DNA of 64,000 nt. It comes from an uncultured Holophagales bacterium. Lineage in GTDB: Bacteria > Acidobacteriota > Thermoanaerobaculia > Multivoradales > UBA5704. The stretch's first letter is position 1. Each line of letters begins with the position of its first letter. Of this stretch, positions 9,901 to 20,114 are shown piece by piece. A program made the position numbers and the translations under genes. The DNA is taken from positions 1,536,001 to 1,600,000 of the forward strand of contig CAWJGT010000003.1 of NCBI GenBank assembly GCA_963842525.1, in the 5' to 3' direction. The notes beneath the pieces are model-generated. The model worked only from the letters and a program-made list of their open reading frames with translations, did no database searches and was not told where the DNA came from.

Positions 9901-12900
9901 TCCGCCAGCAGCAGGCGGAGCCGCTCGGGCGGATAGTCCGGATCGAGGGGCAGGTAGGCGCCCCCGGCGAGGAGCGTGCCGAGCATGGCCTCCACCAGAC
10001 GCGGCGAACGTTCGCAGCAGAGGGCCGCCAGATCCTCCGGTCCGATGCCGAGAGCGCGCAGGTGGCGGGCCAGGAGCCCGGCGCGGCGGGCCAGCTCACC
10101 GTAGGAGATCCGCTCCTCGCCGTGGAGCAGGGCTGGGGCCGCGGGATCGCTGGCGGCGTGGGCGGCAAAGAGCTCCGGTGCGGTGGGAACGGCCGTAGCG
10201 GTGGGCCCGCCCTGACTCCAGACGCGCAGCTCCTCTGACTCGGCCATGCCGAGGAGCGGCAGGTCTGCCAGGGTGAGATCCGGCCGGGCGGCCGCCCCCT
10301 CCAGCAGGGTGCGCAGGTGCTCGAGGAGCCGCCTCGCCGTGGACCGGTCGAAGAGGTCGGCGGCGTGCTCCAGCGCGGCGGCCAGGCCGGCATCCGTCTC
10401 GGTCACGGAGAGCGTCAGGTCGAATTTGGACACCTCGGAGGCCACCGCCACGGGGGAGAGGGTCAGGCCCGGCAGCTCCAGCGGCTCCAGGGGCGCATTC
10501 TGGAGCGCTAGCATGACCTGGAAGAGCGGGCCATGGGCGAGCCTGCGCTCGATCCCCAGGTCGTCCACCAGCCGCTCGAAGGGGAGCTCCTGGTGAGCGT
10601 AGGCGCCCAGTGCCGTGGTGCGGGCCCGCGCCAGAGCCTCGCGGAAGGCGAGCCCGGGGGACAGGCGGACGCGCAGCACGAGGGTGTTGGCGAAGAAGCC
10701 GACCAGGTTCTCAAGCTCGGCATGGTTGCGGTTGGCGATGGGCGTGCCGACGAGGAGGTCCCCGTCGCCGCTGTAGCGGTGCAGCAGGGCCTGGAAACCG
10801 GCGAGGAGGACCATGAACAGCGTGGCGCCCTCCCGCCGTGCGAGATCCGCCAGCGCCTGGGCGAGAGGCGGACCGAAGGTGGTGAGCTCGACGGCGCCGC
10901 GGTAGCTCGGGACGGGGGGCCGCGGCCGGTCGGTGGGCAGCTCGAGGAGAGCCGGCGCCCCGGCGAGCTTCCCGGCGCCACCAGGCGAGCTGGGCGTCCA
11001 GAGCCTCGCCCTGCAGCCAGCCGCGCTGCCAGATGGCATAGTCGGCGTACTGGACCGGCAGCGCGGGCAGCGGCGAGGGCTCACCGCGAAGGAAGGCGGG
11101 GTAGAGGGCTGAGACCTCCCGGACCAGCACGCCTACGGACCAGCCGTCGCTCACGATGTGATGCAGGTTGAGCAGGGCGGCGTGCTCCTCCGCGGCGAGC
11201 CGCAGCAAGGTGACCCGGACCAGGGGGCCAAGCTCGAGGTCGAAAGGCCGCATCGCCGCGGCGGTCAGGAGGGAGCGGACCTCCCGCTGCCGGACCTCCT
11301 GCGGCAGGCCGGCGAGGTCGACGAGGGGCAGCTCGAGCCGCGGCGCAGCGGAGATCACCTGGAAGGGCCGGCCCTCCGCCGCCAGGAACGTCGTGCGCAG
11401 CACCTCATGGCGGCGAGCCACCTCGGCGAGGCTCGCGGCCAGCGCCGGCACGGAGAGCAGGCCGCGAAGCCCGAGGGCCAGCGGGACGTTGTAGGCCGGG
11501 CTGCCCGGCTCGAGCTGATCGATGAACCAGAGACGCTGCTGCGCGAACGACAGAGGCACGGGCCCCTGGCGCGGCATCGGGACCAGGGGCGGAGCGAGCG
11601 GGCCCGCACCGGCCCGCCGCGCCGCCTCGACCCGCGCCGCGAAATCTGCCAGCACCGGGGCCTCGAACAGATCGCGCAGCGGCATCTCCACCTTGCAGAC
11701 GCTGCGCAGACGGGACGTCACCTGCGTCGCCAGCAGCGAGTGTCCGCCCAGATCGAAAAAGTGGTCGGCCGACCCGACCCGTTCGAGACCGAGGAGCTCG
11801 GCCCAGATCCCGGCGAGGATCTCTTCGACCGGCGTCCGCGGCGCCAGACAGGTTTCTGCGCTCTGCAAATCCGGAGCGGGCAGGGCCTTCCGGTCCACCT
11901 TGCCATTCGGGGTGAGGGGGAGCGCTGCGAGCATGACGAACGCGGCCGGCACCATGTAGTCCGGCAGCCGCTCGCCCAAGGCCTGGCGCAGCTCCTCGGC
12001 AGTGGCGTCACCGGTGACATAGGCAATCAGCCGCCGGTCGCCCGGCGATCGGACGGATCGGTCTGATCGGTCGGATCCGTCCGATCGCGCTACCACGACC
12101 GCCTCGCGAACCCCGGGCAGGGCGACCAGCGTCGCTTCGATCTCGCCGAGCTCGATGCGGAAGCCGCGGACCTTCACCTGGTGGTCGGTGCGGCCGAGGA
12201 ACTCCAGGCGCCCGTCCGGAAGCTGGCGCGCCAGGTCGCCGCTGCGGTAGACGCGGCGGCTTCCGATCTCGGGGAACCTCTCCGCCGTGAGCTCCGGACG
12301 GCCGAGATAGCCGCGGGCGACCCCTGCGCCGGCGATGCAGACCTCGCCCGGCACCCCGATCGGGACCGGATCGCCCCAGCGGTCCAGCAGCAGGACCGCC
12401 GCGCTGTCCAGGGGACGGCCGAGCGGCGTCGCTCCGGGGCTGCCGGACCAGCCGGCCCGCGCTTCCTGGCGGCAGCAGATAATGGTGGCCTCGGTCGGGC
12501 CGTAGAGCACCTGGACGCGCGCCCGGGGGAAGACCTCCTCCATGTCTGCCAGGAGGTCCGGGGGCACCGCGTCGCCACCGACGAACGCCATGCGCAGGCC
12601 GGGCCAGGGGCCGCTCTCCCGCGCCGCCTCCACGACCTGGCGCATCAGCGCCGGTACGGCGTGGAGGAGGGTCATCTCCCCCAACCGCCCCACCAGATGG
12701 CCGACATCGAGCGTCGGGCGCAGGCCGAAGAGGACGGTACAGCCGCCGGCGAGCAGCGGGCTCAACAGCTCGAACAGGAAGATGTCGAACGAGAAGGATG
12801 CGAGGCAGGGCATGCGGTCGGCCGCCGAGAAGCTGAAGGCGCGCCGGGCCGCCGCGAGGGTGCTCGCCAGGCTCCGGTGCTCGACGACCACGCCCTTGGG

Positions 12901-14766
12901 GAGGCCGGTGGTCCCGGAGGTGTAGATCACGTAGGCCGGGGCTCCGGGCTCGGCGCGCGAGGCCCATCCTGCCGGCTCCTCCCCGCTGCCGAGCGCCTCG
13001 CCCATGCTCAGCACGCGGGCGCGGGCCGGCGCGAGACCCGCCACCCGCTCCCGCAGCGGCTCGTCCGCCAGGACGACGGGTGCCTCCGCCTGGCCGAGGG
13101 CGTCCTCTAGGAGGAGGGCGAGGCGGGTGTCGGGGTAGGCCGGATCCAGGGGCAGATAGGCGCCCCCAGTCTTCCAGATCCCCAGGATGGCGGCCGGCAG
13201 GTCCGGCGTGCGCTCGCAGCAGAGGCCAACCAGCGCGCCCGGAGCCACGCCCAGCCGCGCCAGGTGCCGCGCCAGCCGCTTGGCCCGCAGGTCGAGCTCG
13301 CGGTAGGTCGTCTCGTCTCCGTCCTGGAGGACCGCGACGGCCTCCGGGGACTGCCGCGCCCGCTCCTGGAAGAGCTCGACGACCGTTTCCACGGGAGCGT
13401 CCTCCGGCCGCGTGTCGTTCCACTCGGCGAGGAGCTGGTGCCGTTCACTCTCCGGGAGCGCCGGCAGGCCGCCGAGGGTGAGCCCGGGGGTGGCCGCGGA
13501 GAAGGTCCGCAGCACGCCCTCGAGATGCCGCAGCAGGCGCACCACCGCGGCGGCCTCGAAACGGTCCGTGTAGAAGCCCGCCCGCAGCTCGAGCCGGGGG
13601 CCGGGCCAGGCGGCCAGGGTGAGGGGGAAGTGGGTGCGCTGGTGCGCCTCCCAGCCGCTTCCCTTGCCGGCGCTCGCGTCCGCGGCATAGTTCTCGAAGA
13701 CCAGGATCGCCGAGAACAGCGGCCGGTCGCCGGGAAGCCCGCTCCACCGGCGGATCTCGGACAGCGGGCTGTGCTCGAAGCGGCGCAGCTCGAGCTGGGC
13801 CTCCTGCAGGTCCCTCAGCCAGCCGGCGAGATCCTGGCCGGGGTCGATGCGGGCGCGCGCGGGAAGAGTGTTGATGAAGCAGCCGATCATGCCTTCGGCG
13901 CCCGGGAGCGTGGTGGGCCGGCCCGCGGTGGTATTTCCGAAGACCACGTCCCGCTCGGCGCTGTAGCGGGCGAGCGTCAGGGCGAAGGCTCCCTGGACCA
14001 GGGTATTGAGGGTGAGGCGCTGCCGCCGCGCGAGCTCCTGGAGGGAGGCCGTGAGGTCTTCCGGCAGCACGGCCGCGGCTTCGGCGTAATGATCTCCCGG
14101 CGCCACCGTGCGGCCGGGGGAGCGGTCGATCCCGATCGTCGTCGGCTCGACGAAGCCCGCGAGCGTCTGCCGCCAGCAGGCCTCGGCCGCGCCGAGATCC
14201 TGCTGGCGCAGCCAGGCGACGTAGTCGCGGAAGGGGCGCCGCGTCTCCAGGGCGGGCTCGGCGCCGCGCGCCAGGGCCTCGTAGGCGGCGGCCACCTCCC
14301 GCAGGACCAGGGCGGCCGACCACCCGTCCAGAATCAGATGGTGATAGCTCCAGACGACGCGCCAGCCGGTGCCGCTCCAGCGGATGGCGGCCAGCCGCAT
14401 CAGGGGGGCCTGGTCGAGGGCGAAGCCGCGGGCGCGGTCCTCGCCCAGGAACGCCCGTAGCTTCTCCTCTCTGGCCGCGGAGTCCAGATCGCGCCAGTCC
14501 AGCCGCTCGAACGGCAGCTCGGCCTGCTGCCGCACGAGCTGGACCGGCTCCTCCACCTCTTCCCAGAAGAAGGCGGTGCGCAGGACCGGATGGCGGGCGG
14601 CGATCCTCCGCCAGGCCTGCTCCAGGAGCCCGATGTCGAGGCCCGCCTCGAAGCGGAGGACGAACTGGTCGAAGTACGCTCCGGTGACCCGAGCGTACAG
14701 GGTCTCGAACAGCATCCCCTGCTGGACCGGGGTCAGGCGGTAGATGTCTTCGACGTCGTGCTTCAA
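3936..14766 (-). CDS. Hybrid NRPS-PKS: C(DCL-like)-A(unknown, DIFHFGLII)-T-C-A(Tyr)-T-KS-AT-ACP-C; one apparent frameshift near 10970
   Basis: ORFs 10711..14766 and 3936..11084 join into one continuous C domain (QLAWWR|LAGAPALLELPTDRPRP) if one base at ~10970 is removed. Motifs: VEDIYRLTPVQQGML, HHLILDGWS, A code DASTIAAVC (Tyr), KS VQTACSTS/EAHGTGT/KTNIGH, AT GHSLG with HAFH (malonyl), ACP GGHSLL, terminal C HHIAADGWS. The TTG start overlaps the stop of the upstream PKS gene (TTGA). Confidence 0.9.
12046..12087. repeat. Short 9-nt-unit (CCGATCCGA-like) tandem repeat with 14-bp inverted arms, in-frame inside an A domain
   Basis: cgatcggacggatc-ggtctgatcggtcg-gatccgtccgatcg; encodes RSDGSDRSDRSVRS in the A subdomain. 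Confidence 0.75.
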
Positions 14767-17700
14767 GCCATCCCCCTGGCTTTTGCCAGCAGCCGGTCCA
14801 GGCTCTCCTGGGACAGCCCCGCCTCGGGGAAGTCCAGGGGCGAAAAGGCCTCCTTGTGCGTCGAGGGGGGTGCGGTGTCGGCCGCCTCCGGGACGGCCGG
14901 CTTTTCGAGGGCGCGGGCGAGAGCCGCGATGGTCTGGTGCCGGAAGAGCTGCTCGGGCGTGATGCCGAGGCCGCGGGCCGCCGCTTGGGCGGCAAGCTGG
15001 ATACCCACCACCGAGTCCCCACCCAGATCAAAGAAATTGTCGTGGATGCCCACCCGCTCGAGCCCCAGCACCGTCTGCCAGACGTCGGCGAGGGCGGACT
15101 CGATCGATGTCCCGGGTGCGGCATAGTCGGTCTCCAGCTCCGGCCGGGAGAACCGCCGCGCCTCGGCGGGGGGCTCCGCCCGGCGCGCTGCCTCCCTGCG
15201 CAGCGCGTTGATGGCCGCCGGGAGGTCCGTGGGGGAGATCGCGACCTGGGCGAAGCGCCCGCGGGAGAGGGCGCGCCGGAAGGCGTCGACTCCCTCCGCG
15301 GGCGCGATCCAGAGGTGGTTCCCGGCGGGAGTCCGGGGCCGGGCCGCTCCGGGGCCGGCGGCGCCGGCCGCGACGCGCTTCAGGGTGAAGCCGTCGATGT
15401 CCACCAGTACCCGCCCGTCGTCGTCGAGCAGGGTCACGTCGAAGCGCAGGGTTTCACCGGCGGTGCGGACGTGCGCGTGGATGCGGCCGGGGAGTGGCTC
15501 CAGCACCGCCACCCGGTCGTAGGAGTGCGGGAGCATGGCTCCGTCTCCTGTCAGGGAGGCGCCGGCGGCGGTCGCCACGTCGAGCAACGCGGGGTGGAGG
15601 GCGAGGCCGTCCAGGTCGCCCGCGTGCTCGGCCGGCAGCTCCAGGGTGACGAGCGCCTCGGAGGTCCCCAGGCTCGCCCTCTGGAAGCTCTGCCAGCGCG
15701 CGCCCCAGGAGACCACGCCCGCGGCCACTGAGGAGACATTGCCCTGGGCCTCGATGTCGCGGACGCCGCAGCGGGCGCGGAGGGCCAGGATGTCGAGCCG
15801 GGCCGGCGCCGCGCCGTCGAGCGGACGCAGCCGGCCGTGGGCGTGCTCCTGCCAGGCGGCGCCGGCGCCGGTGCGGCTCGCGATCCGGAATCGCGTCTCC
15901 CCCGTCTCCGCGACACTGGGCTCCAGGGTGGTACGCACCTCCCGCGCGTCGCCATCGACGATCAGGAGCGGCCCGGTGAAAGCGACGTCGCGGATCTCGA
16001 CTTGCCGCACGCCGGTCGCGTCGGCAAAGGCCGCCCGCGCCATCTCCAGGTAGGTGGTGCCAGGGAGGGTCGGCGTGCCGAGTAGGCGGTGCTCGGCGAG
16101 GACCCAGTGCCGCGAGGGCGAGAAGTGGGTCTCGTAGACCGCTCCGCCGCCGTTCTCCGTGCCCAGGCGGCGATCGAGGAATGGATGGACCGGCGCCTCC
16201 GGCGGCGCGGGAGCGGCGGACCGGGCCGTCGCGTCGACCGCCATGCCGACCTCCCGCCAGGCCCCCCAGCCCAGGGACACCGCCCGGATGCCGCGCTCCG
16301 CGGCGAGATGACGGGCGAAGGCGTCGAGGAAGCTGTTGGCGGCGCAGTAGTCCACCTGGCCCACACCGCCTGTCAGGGCATAGGTCGAGGAGCAGAAGAC
16401 CAGCAGGTCCAGCGGCTCGCCAGCCAGGACGTTCGCCAGCACCCGCGCGCCGCGCATCTTGGGGGCCAGCACGCGCGCCGCCGCCTCGGCGGTCTTGAGC
16501 TGGATGACTCCGCCACCCGGCACGCCCGCCGCATGGATGGCACCCTGGAGGGGACCAAAGCGTTCGCGTGTCCGCAGGACCACGTCGCGCATGGCCGCCT
16601 CGTCCGTCACATCGGCCGCCAGCGCGAGCACCTCGGCTCCCAGCGCCTCCAGCTCCTGGATCGCCGGGTGGTCCGGCCCGCGCAGCGCTCGGCCGGTCAG
16701 CACCAGACGGGCGCGGAACGACCGCGCCAGCTCGCGAGCCAGAGTCAGGCCGAGGCCGCCCAGGCCGCCGGTGATCAGGTAGACGCCGCGCTCGCGCAGC
16801 GGCAGGCGCGCCGGATCGGCGGCCGGCAGCCGCACGGGATCGAAGCGCTCCACCCAGCGCTCGTCGCCCCGCCACGCCACTACGGCCGCGTCCGCGGGCG
16901 CGAACGCCTCGTTGATCAGGATCTCTGCCAGCCTCTCGCGGGAGGCGTCGTCCCACGGGGCCTCCACGTCCACGGCTGCGCAGCCCAGATTCGGGTGCTC
17001 CAGCGGCAGGACCCGGACCGGACCCAGGACGGTCGCCTGGTCCGGGGCGAGCACCACCTCCCGGCCCACGGCCTGCAGCCCGCAGGTGACGACCCGCAGC
17101 TCGGCGCGCCCGGGGAGACGGCCCAGCTCCTGCGCCAGGCCGAGGAGGCCGTGGAAGATCTCCTCGCCGTCCGGCCCGGTCTCCCCAAGGCACCCGAGAT
17201 GGACGATCCGGTCGGCCTCGCCCCCCTTCTCGGCGATCGTGTGTCCCTGCTCGCGCAGGCGGCGGGCCATGACCTCGGCGAGACCACCGCCGTCCCCGAG
17301 CAGCAGCCAGCGCAACGGCCCGGCCTCCGGCTCCGGCGGCACCGACCGCTGCCAGGACGGAAGGTAGAACCAGTCGGAGATCTCCTTGCGCACATCGGGC
17401 CGCGCCGCGCCCGGCACGCTCTCGGGCCGCCGGTCGATCCAATAGCGCTGCCGCTCGAAGGGATAGGACGGCAGCTCGACCCTCCGGCGGGCGGTACCGG
17501 CATGGAAGCCCTGCCAGTCGATCTCCACCCCGGCGAGCCAGAGCCGGCCCACGGCGCCGGTCAGGAACCGGCCGTCGGGCTCGGCCTCCTTCGGGTGCGG
17601 CAGCGAGCGCACCACCGCCTGGCTCGCCGGGCGGTCGGGGCTCTGCCGCGCGAAGGAGGCCAGCGCCTGCCCGGGGCCGACCTCCAGCAGCACCGCCTCG

Positions 17701-20096
17701 GGCTCGGCGGCCAGGGTCCGCAGGCCGTCGCCGAAGCGCACTGTGCCGCGCAGTTGGCGGGCCCAGTAGCGCGGGTCGATCGCCTCCTCGGCGGTGATCC
17801 AGCCGCCGGTCAGGTTGGAGACGAAGGGGATCTCGGGCGGGCGCCGCCGGACGGCGGCCACGCGCGCCTCGAACGGGGCCAGGACCGGCTCCATCATCGG
17901 CGAATGGAAGGCGTGCGAGGTGTGAAGGGACCGGCAGGCGACCCCGCGGCCGGCGAGCTCCGCGGCCAGGGCCTCGACCGCCTCGCGCGGACCGGAGACG
18001 ACCGCGCGGCCGGGGCCATTGACCGCCGCCAGGGCCAGGCCGGGGCCAAGGAGGGGTGCGATCTCCTCCTCGGGCACCGGCACCGAGAGCATGGCGCCGG
18101 GGGGCATGGACTGCATCAGCCGACCGCGCTCCGCCACCAGGGCCAGGGCGTCCTCCAGGGAGAAGACGCCGGCCAGGCAGGCGGCCACGAACTCGCCGAC
18201 GCTGTGGCCGAGCAGGGCCCGCGGGCGTACACCCCATTCCATCCAGAGGCCGGCCAGGGAGTGCTCGACGACGAAGAGCGCCGGCTGGGCCAGGGCGGTC
18301 TGCTCCAGGCGGCGGGCAGCGTCCTCCTCCTGCCCCGGCCGCGGATAGAGCACCTCGCGCAGGTCCAGGCCCAGGAGGGGGCGCAGGATCTCGCAGCAGC
18401 GGTCCACCGCCCGGCGGAAAGAAGCCTCGGTTTCGTAGACCTCCCGGGCCATGCCGGGGTGCTGCGAGCCCTGACCGGGGAACAGGAAGACGGCCGGCCG
18501 CGCGTTTTTCTCCTGGCGCGCCGTGGCGAAGAGATCGGAATCCCCGGCCTCCAGGGCCGCGGAGGCCTCCTCGGGCGAGCGGCAGACGAGGGCTCCCCGG
18601 TGCCGCAGACGCCGGCGTCCCACTTGAAGCGTCCAGGCGGCATCAGCCAGGGGCAACTCTGGATGCCGGTGCAGGTGCTCGGCCAGGCGGGTCCGGGCTG
18701 CCGCCAGGGCGGTCGCCGTGTGGGCCGAGAGGACTAGGAGCTGCCAGGGCCGCGCCGGAGGGGGCGACGGCTCGCGGGCCGGCGGCTCCTCCACGATGAC
18801 ATGCGCGTTGGTGCCGCCGACGCCGAACGAGCTGACCCCCGCCCGCAGCGGTATGCCGCCGGCGTTCCACTCGCGCAGCCGGTCGTTGACGAAGAACGGG
18901 CTGCTCGCGAAATCGATCAGCGGGTTGGGCCGCTCGAAGTGGAGGCTCGGCGGGATCTGCCGGTGCCGGAGGGAGAGCACCGTCTTGATCAGGCCGGTCA
19001 CGCCGGCGGCCGAGCGCAGGTGACCGACGTTGGTCTTGGCCGACCCGAGGGCGCAGAAGCCGCTCTTGTCCGTGCCGGCGCGGAACGCCCGCGTCAGGGC
19101 CGCCACCTCGATAGGGTCCCCCATCGAGGTTCCCGTGCCGTGCGCCTCGACATAGGTGATCGTCTCGGGGCCAACCTCGGCCTGGAGGTGGGCAGTGCGG
19201 ACGACCTGGTATTGCCCTTCGCCTCCCGGCGCGCTGTAGCCCGCCTTCTGCGAGCCATCGTTGTTGACCGCCGAGCCCCGGATCACGGCATGGATCAGGT
19301 CGCCGTCGGCGAGAGCATCCGGCAGGCGCTTCAGCACCACCAGGCCGATGCCGCTGCCGAAGACCGTCCCCTGGGCACGCGCGTCGAAGGCCCGGCAGTG
19401 GCCGTCGGGAGAGTGGATGCCTCCCTCGGCGGCCCTATACCCCGATTTCGCCGGCAGCTTGAGCGAGACGCCGCCGGCCAGGGCCATGTCGCACTCGCCG
19501 GAGAGCAGGGCCTGGCAGGCGAGGTGGACGGCCACCAGGGAGGTCGAGCAGGCCGACTGGACCGTGAGGCTCGGGCCGCGCAGGCTCAGCTTGTAGGAGG
19601 TCCGGGTCGCCAGGTAGTCCTTGTCGCTGGACACCTCGAGCTGGAAGGCGCCGGCCGTCTCGATGACCTCGGGCTGGGAGAAGAGGTTGTGCAGATAGGT
19701 GTTCATCTCCACGCCGGCGTAGAGGCCCACCAGCCCCGGGTAGCGCTCGCTGTCGTAGCCGGCCCGCTCGAGGGCCTCCCAGGCGGTCTCCAGGAACAGG
19801 CGGTGCTGCGGGTCCAGCAGGCGCGCTTCGTGCGGCGGGATGTCGAACAGGGCGGCGTCGAAGAGCTCGACGCCTTCGAGCACCGACGCAGCCGGCACGT
19901 AGCCCGGCCGGGCGAGCTGGGCCGGGCTGACGCCCGCCTCCAGCAGCTCCTGCTCGGTGAAGAAGGAGATCGACTCGACCCCGTTCTTCAGGTTCTCCCA
20001 GAGCTGCTCGACGGAGGGGGCTCCCGGGAAGCGGCCCGCCAGGCCGATCACGGCCACCTCGGCGCCAGTGCGCTCGTCTGCGTCGCCTCGTTCCAT
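14763..20096 (-). CDS. Type I PKS module KS-AT-KR with DH inserted into the KR, then ACP
   Basis: ORF 14763..20111; ATG at 20096 with AGGAAGAG upstream is the likelier start. KS VQSACSTS/EAHGTGT/KTNVGH; AT GHSVG with HAFH; KR YLITGGLGGLG and GQVDYCAANSFLD; DH HRLLGTPTLP and HPALLD; ACP DNFFDLGGDS. Confidence 0.93.
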   Translation of the reverse strand: MERGDADERTGAEVAVIGLAGRFPGAPSVEQLWENLKNGVESISFFTEQELLEAGVSPAQLARPGYVPAASVLEGVELFDAALFDIPPHEARLLDPQHRLFLETAWEALERAGYDSERYPGLVGLYAGVEMNTYLHNLFSQPEVIETAGAFQLEVSSDKDYLATRTSYKLSLRGPSLTVQSACSTSLVAVHLACQALLSGECDMALAGGVSLKLPAKSGYRAAEGGIHSPDGHCRAFDARAQGTVFGSGIGLVVLKRLPDALADGDLIHAVIRGSAVNNDGSQKAGYSAPGGEGQYQVVRTAHLQAEVGPETITYVEAHGTGTSMGDPIEVAALTRAFRAGTDKSGFCALGSAKTNVGHLRSAAGVTGLIKTVLSLRHRQIPPSLHFERPNPLIDFASSPFFVNDRLREWNAGGIPLRAGVSSFGVGGTNAHVIVEEPPAREPSPPPARPWQLLVLSAHTATALAAARTRLAEHLHRHPELPLADAAWTLQVGRRRLRHRGALVCRSPEEASAALEAGDSDLFATARQEKNARPAVFLFPGQGSQHPGMAREVYETEASFRRAVDRCCEILRPLLGLDLREVLYPRPGQEEDAARRLEQTALAQPALFVVEHSLAGLWMEWGVRPRALLGHSVGEFVAACLAGVFSLEDALALVAERGRLMQSMPPGAMLSVPVPEEEIAPLLGPGLALAAVNGPGRAVVSGPREAVEALAAELAGRGVACRSLHTSHAFHSPMMEPVLAPFEARVAAVRRRPPEIPFVSNLTGGWITAEEAIDPRYWARQLRGTVRFGDGLRTLAAEPEAVLLEVGPGQALASFARQSPDRPASQAVVRSLPHPKEAEPDGRFLTGAVGRLWLAGVEIDWQGFHAGTARRRVELPSYPFERQRYWIDRRPESVPGAARPDVRKEISDWFYLPSWQRSVPPEPEAGPLRWLLLGDGGGLAEVMARRLREQGHTIAEKGGEADRIVHLGCLGETGPDGEEIFHGLLGLAQELGRLPGRAELRVVTCGLQAVGREVVLAPDQATVLGPVRVLPLEHPNLGCAAVDVEAPWDDASRERLAEILINEAFAPADAAVVAWRGDERWVERFDPVRLPAADPARLPLRERGVYLITGGLGGLGLTLARELARSFRARLVLTGRALRGPDHPAIQELEALGAEVLALAADVTDEAAMRDVVLRTRERFGPLQGAIHAAGVPGGGVIQLKTAEAAARVLAPKMRGARVLANVLAGEPLDLLVFCSSTYALTGGVGQVDYCAANSFLDAFARHLAAERGIRAVSLGWGAWREVGMAVDATARSAAPAPPEAPVHPFLDRRLGTENGGGAVYETHFSPSRHWVLAEHRLLGTPTLPGTTYLEMARAAFADATGVRQVEIRDVAFTGPLLIVDGDAREVRTTLEPSVAETGETRFRIASRTGAGAAWQEHAHGRLRPLDGAAPARLDILALRARCGVRDIEAQGNVSSVAAGVVSWGARWQSFQRASLGTSEALVTLELPAEHAGDLDGLALHPALLDVATAAGASLTGDGAMLPHSYDRVAVLEPLPGRIHAHVRTAGETLRFDVTLLDDDGRVLVDIDGFTLKRVAAGAAGPGAARPRTPAGNHLWIAPAEGVDAFRRALSRGRFAQVAISPTDLPAAINALRREAARRAEPPAEARRFSRPELETDYAAPGTSIESALADVWQTVLGLERVGIHDNFFDLGGDSVVGIQLAAQAAARGLGITPEQLFRHQTIAALARALEKPAVPEAADTAPPSTHKEAFSPLDFPEAGLSQESLDRLLAKARGMA

Positions 20097-20114
20097 CGTC
20101 TCTTCCTGCACTTC

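Noticed and set aside
14760-14775. Possible eighth frameshift fusing the PKS gene to the downstream NRPS
   Set aside because: It would need the opposite indel type from all the others. A TTGA stop/start overlap with a G-rich RBS and a docking-like tail supports two separate genes.
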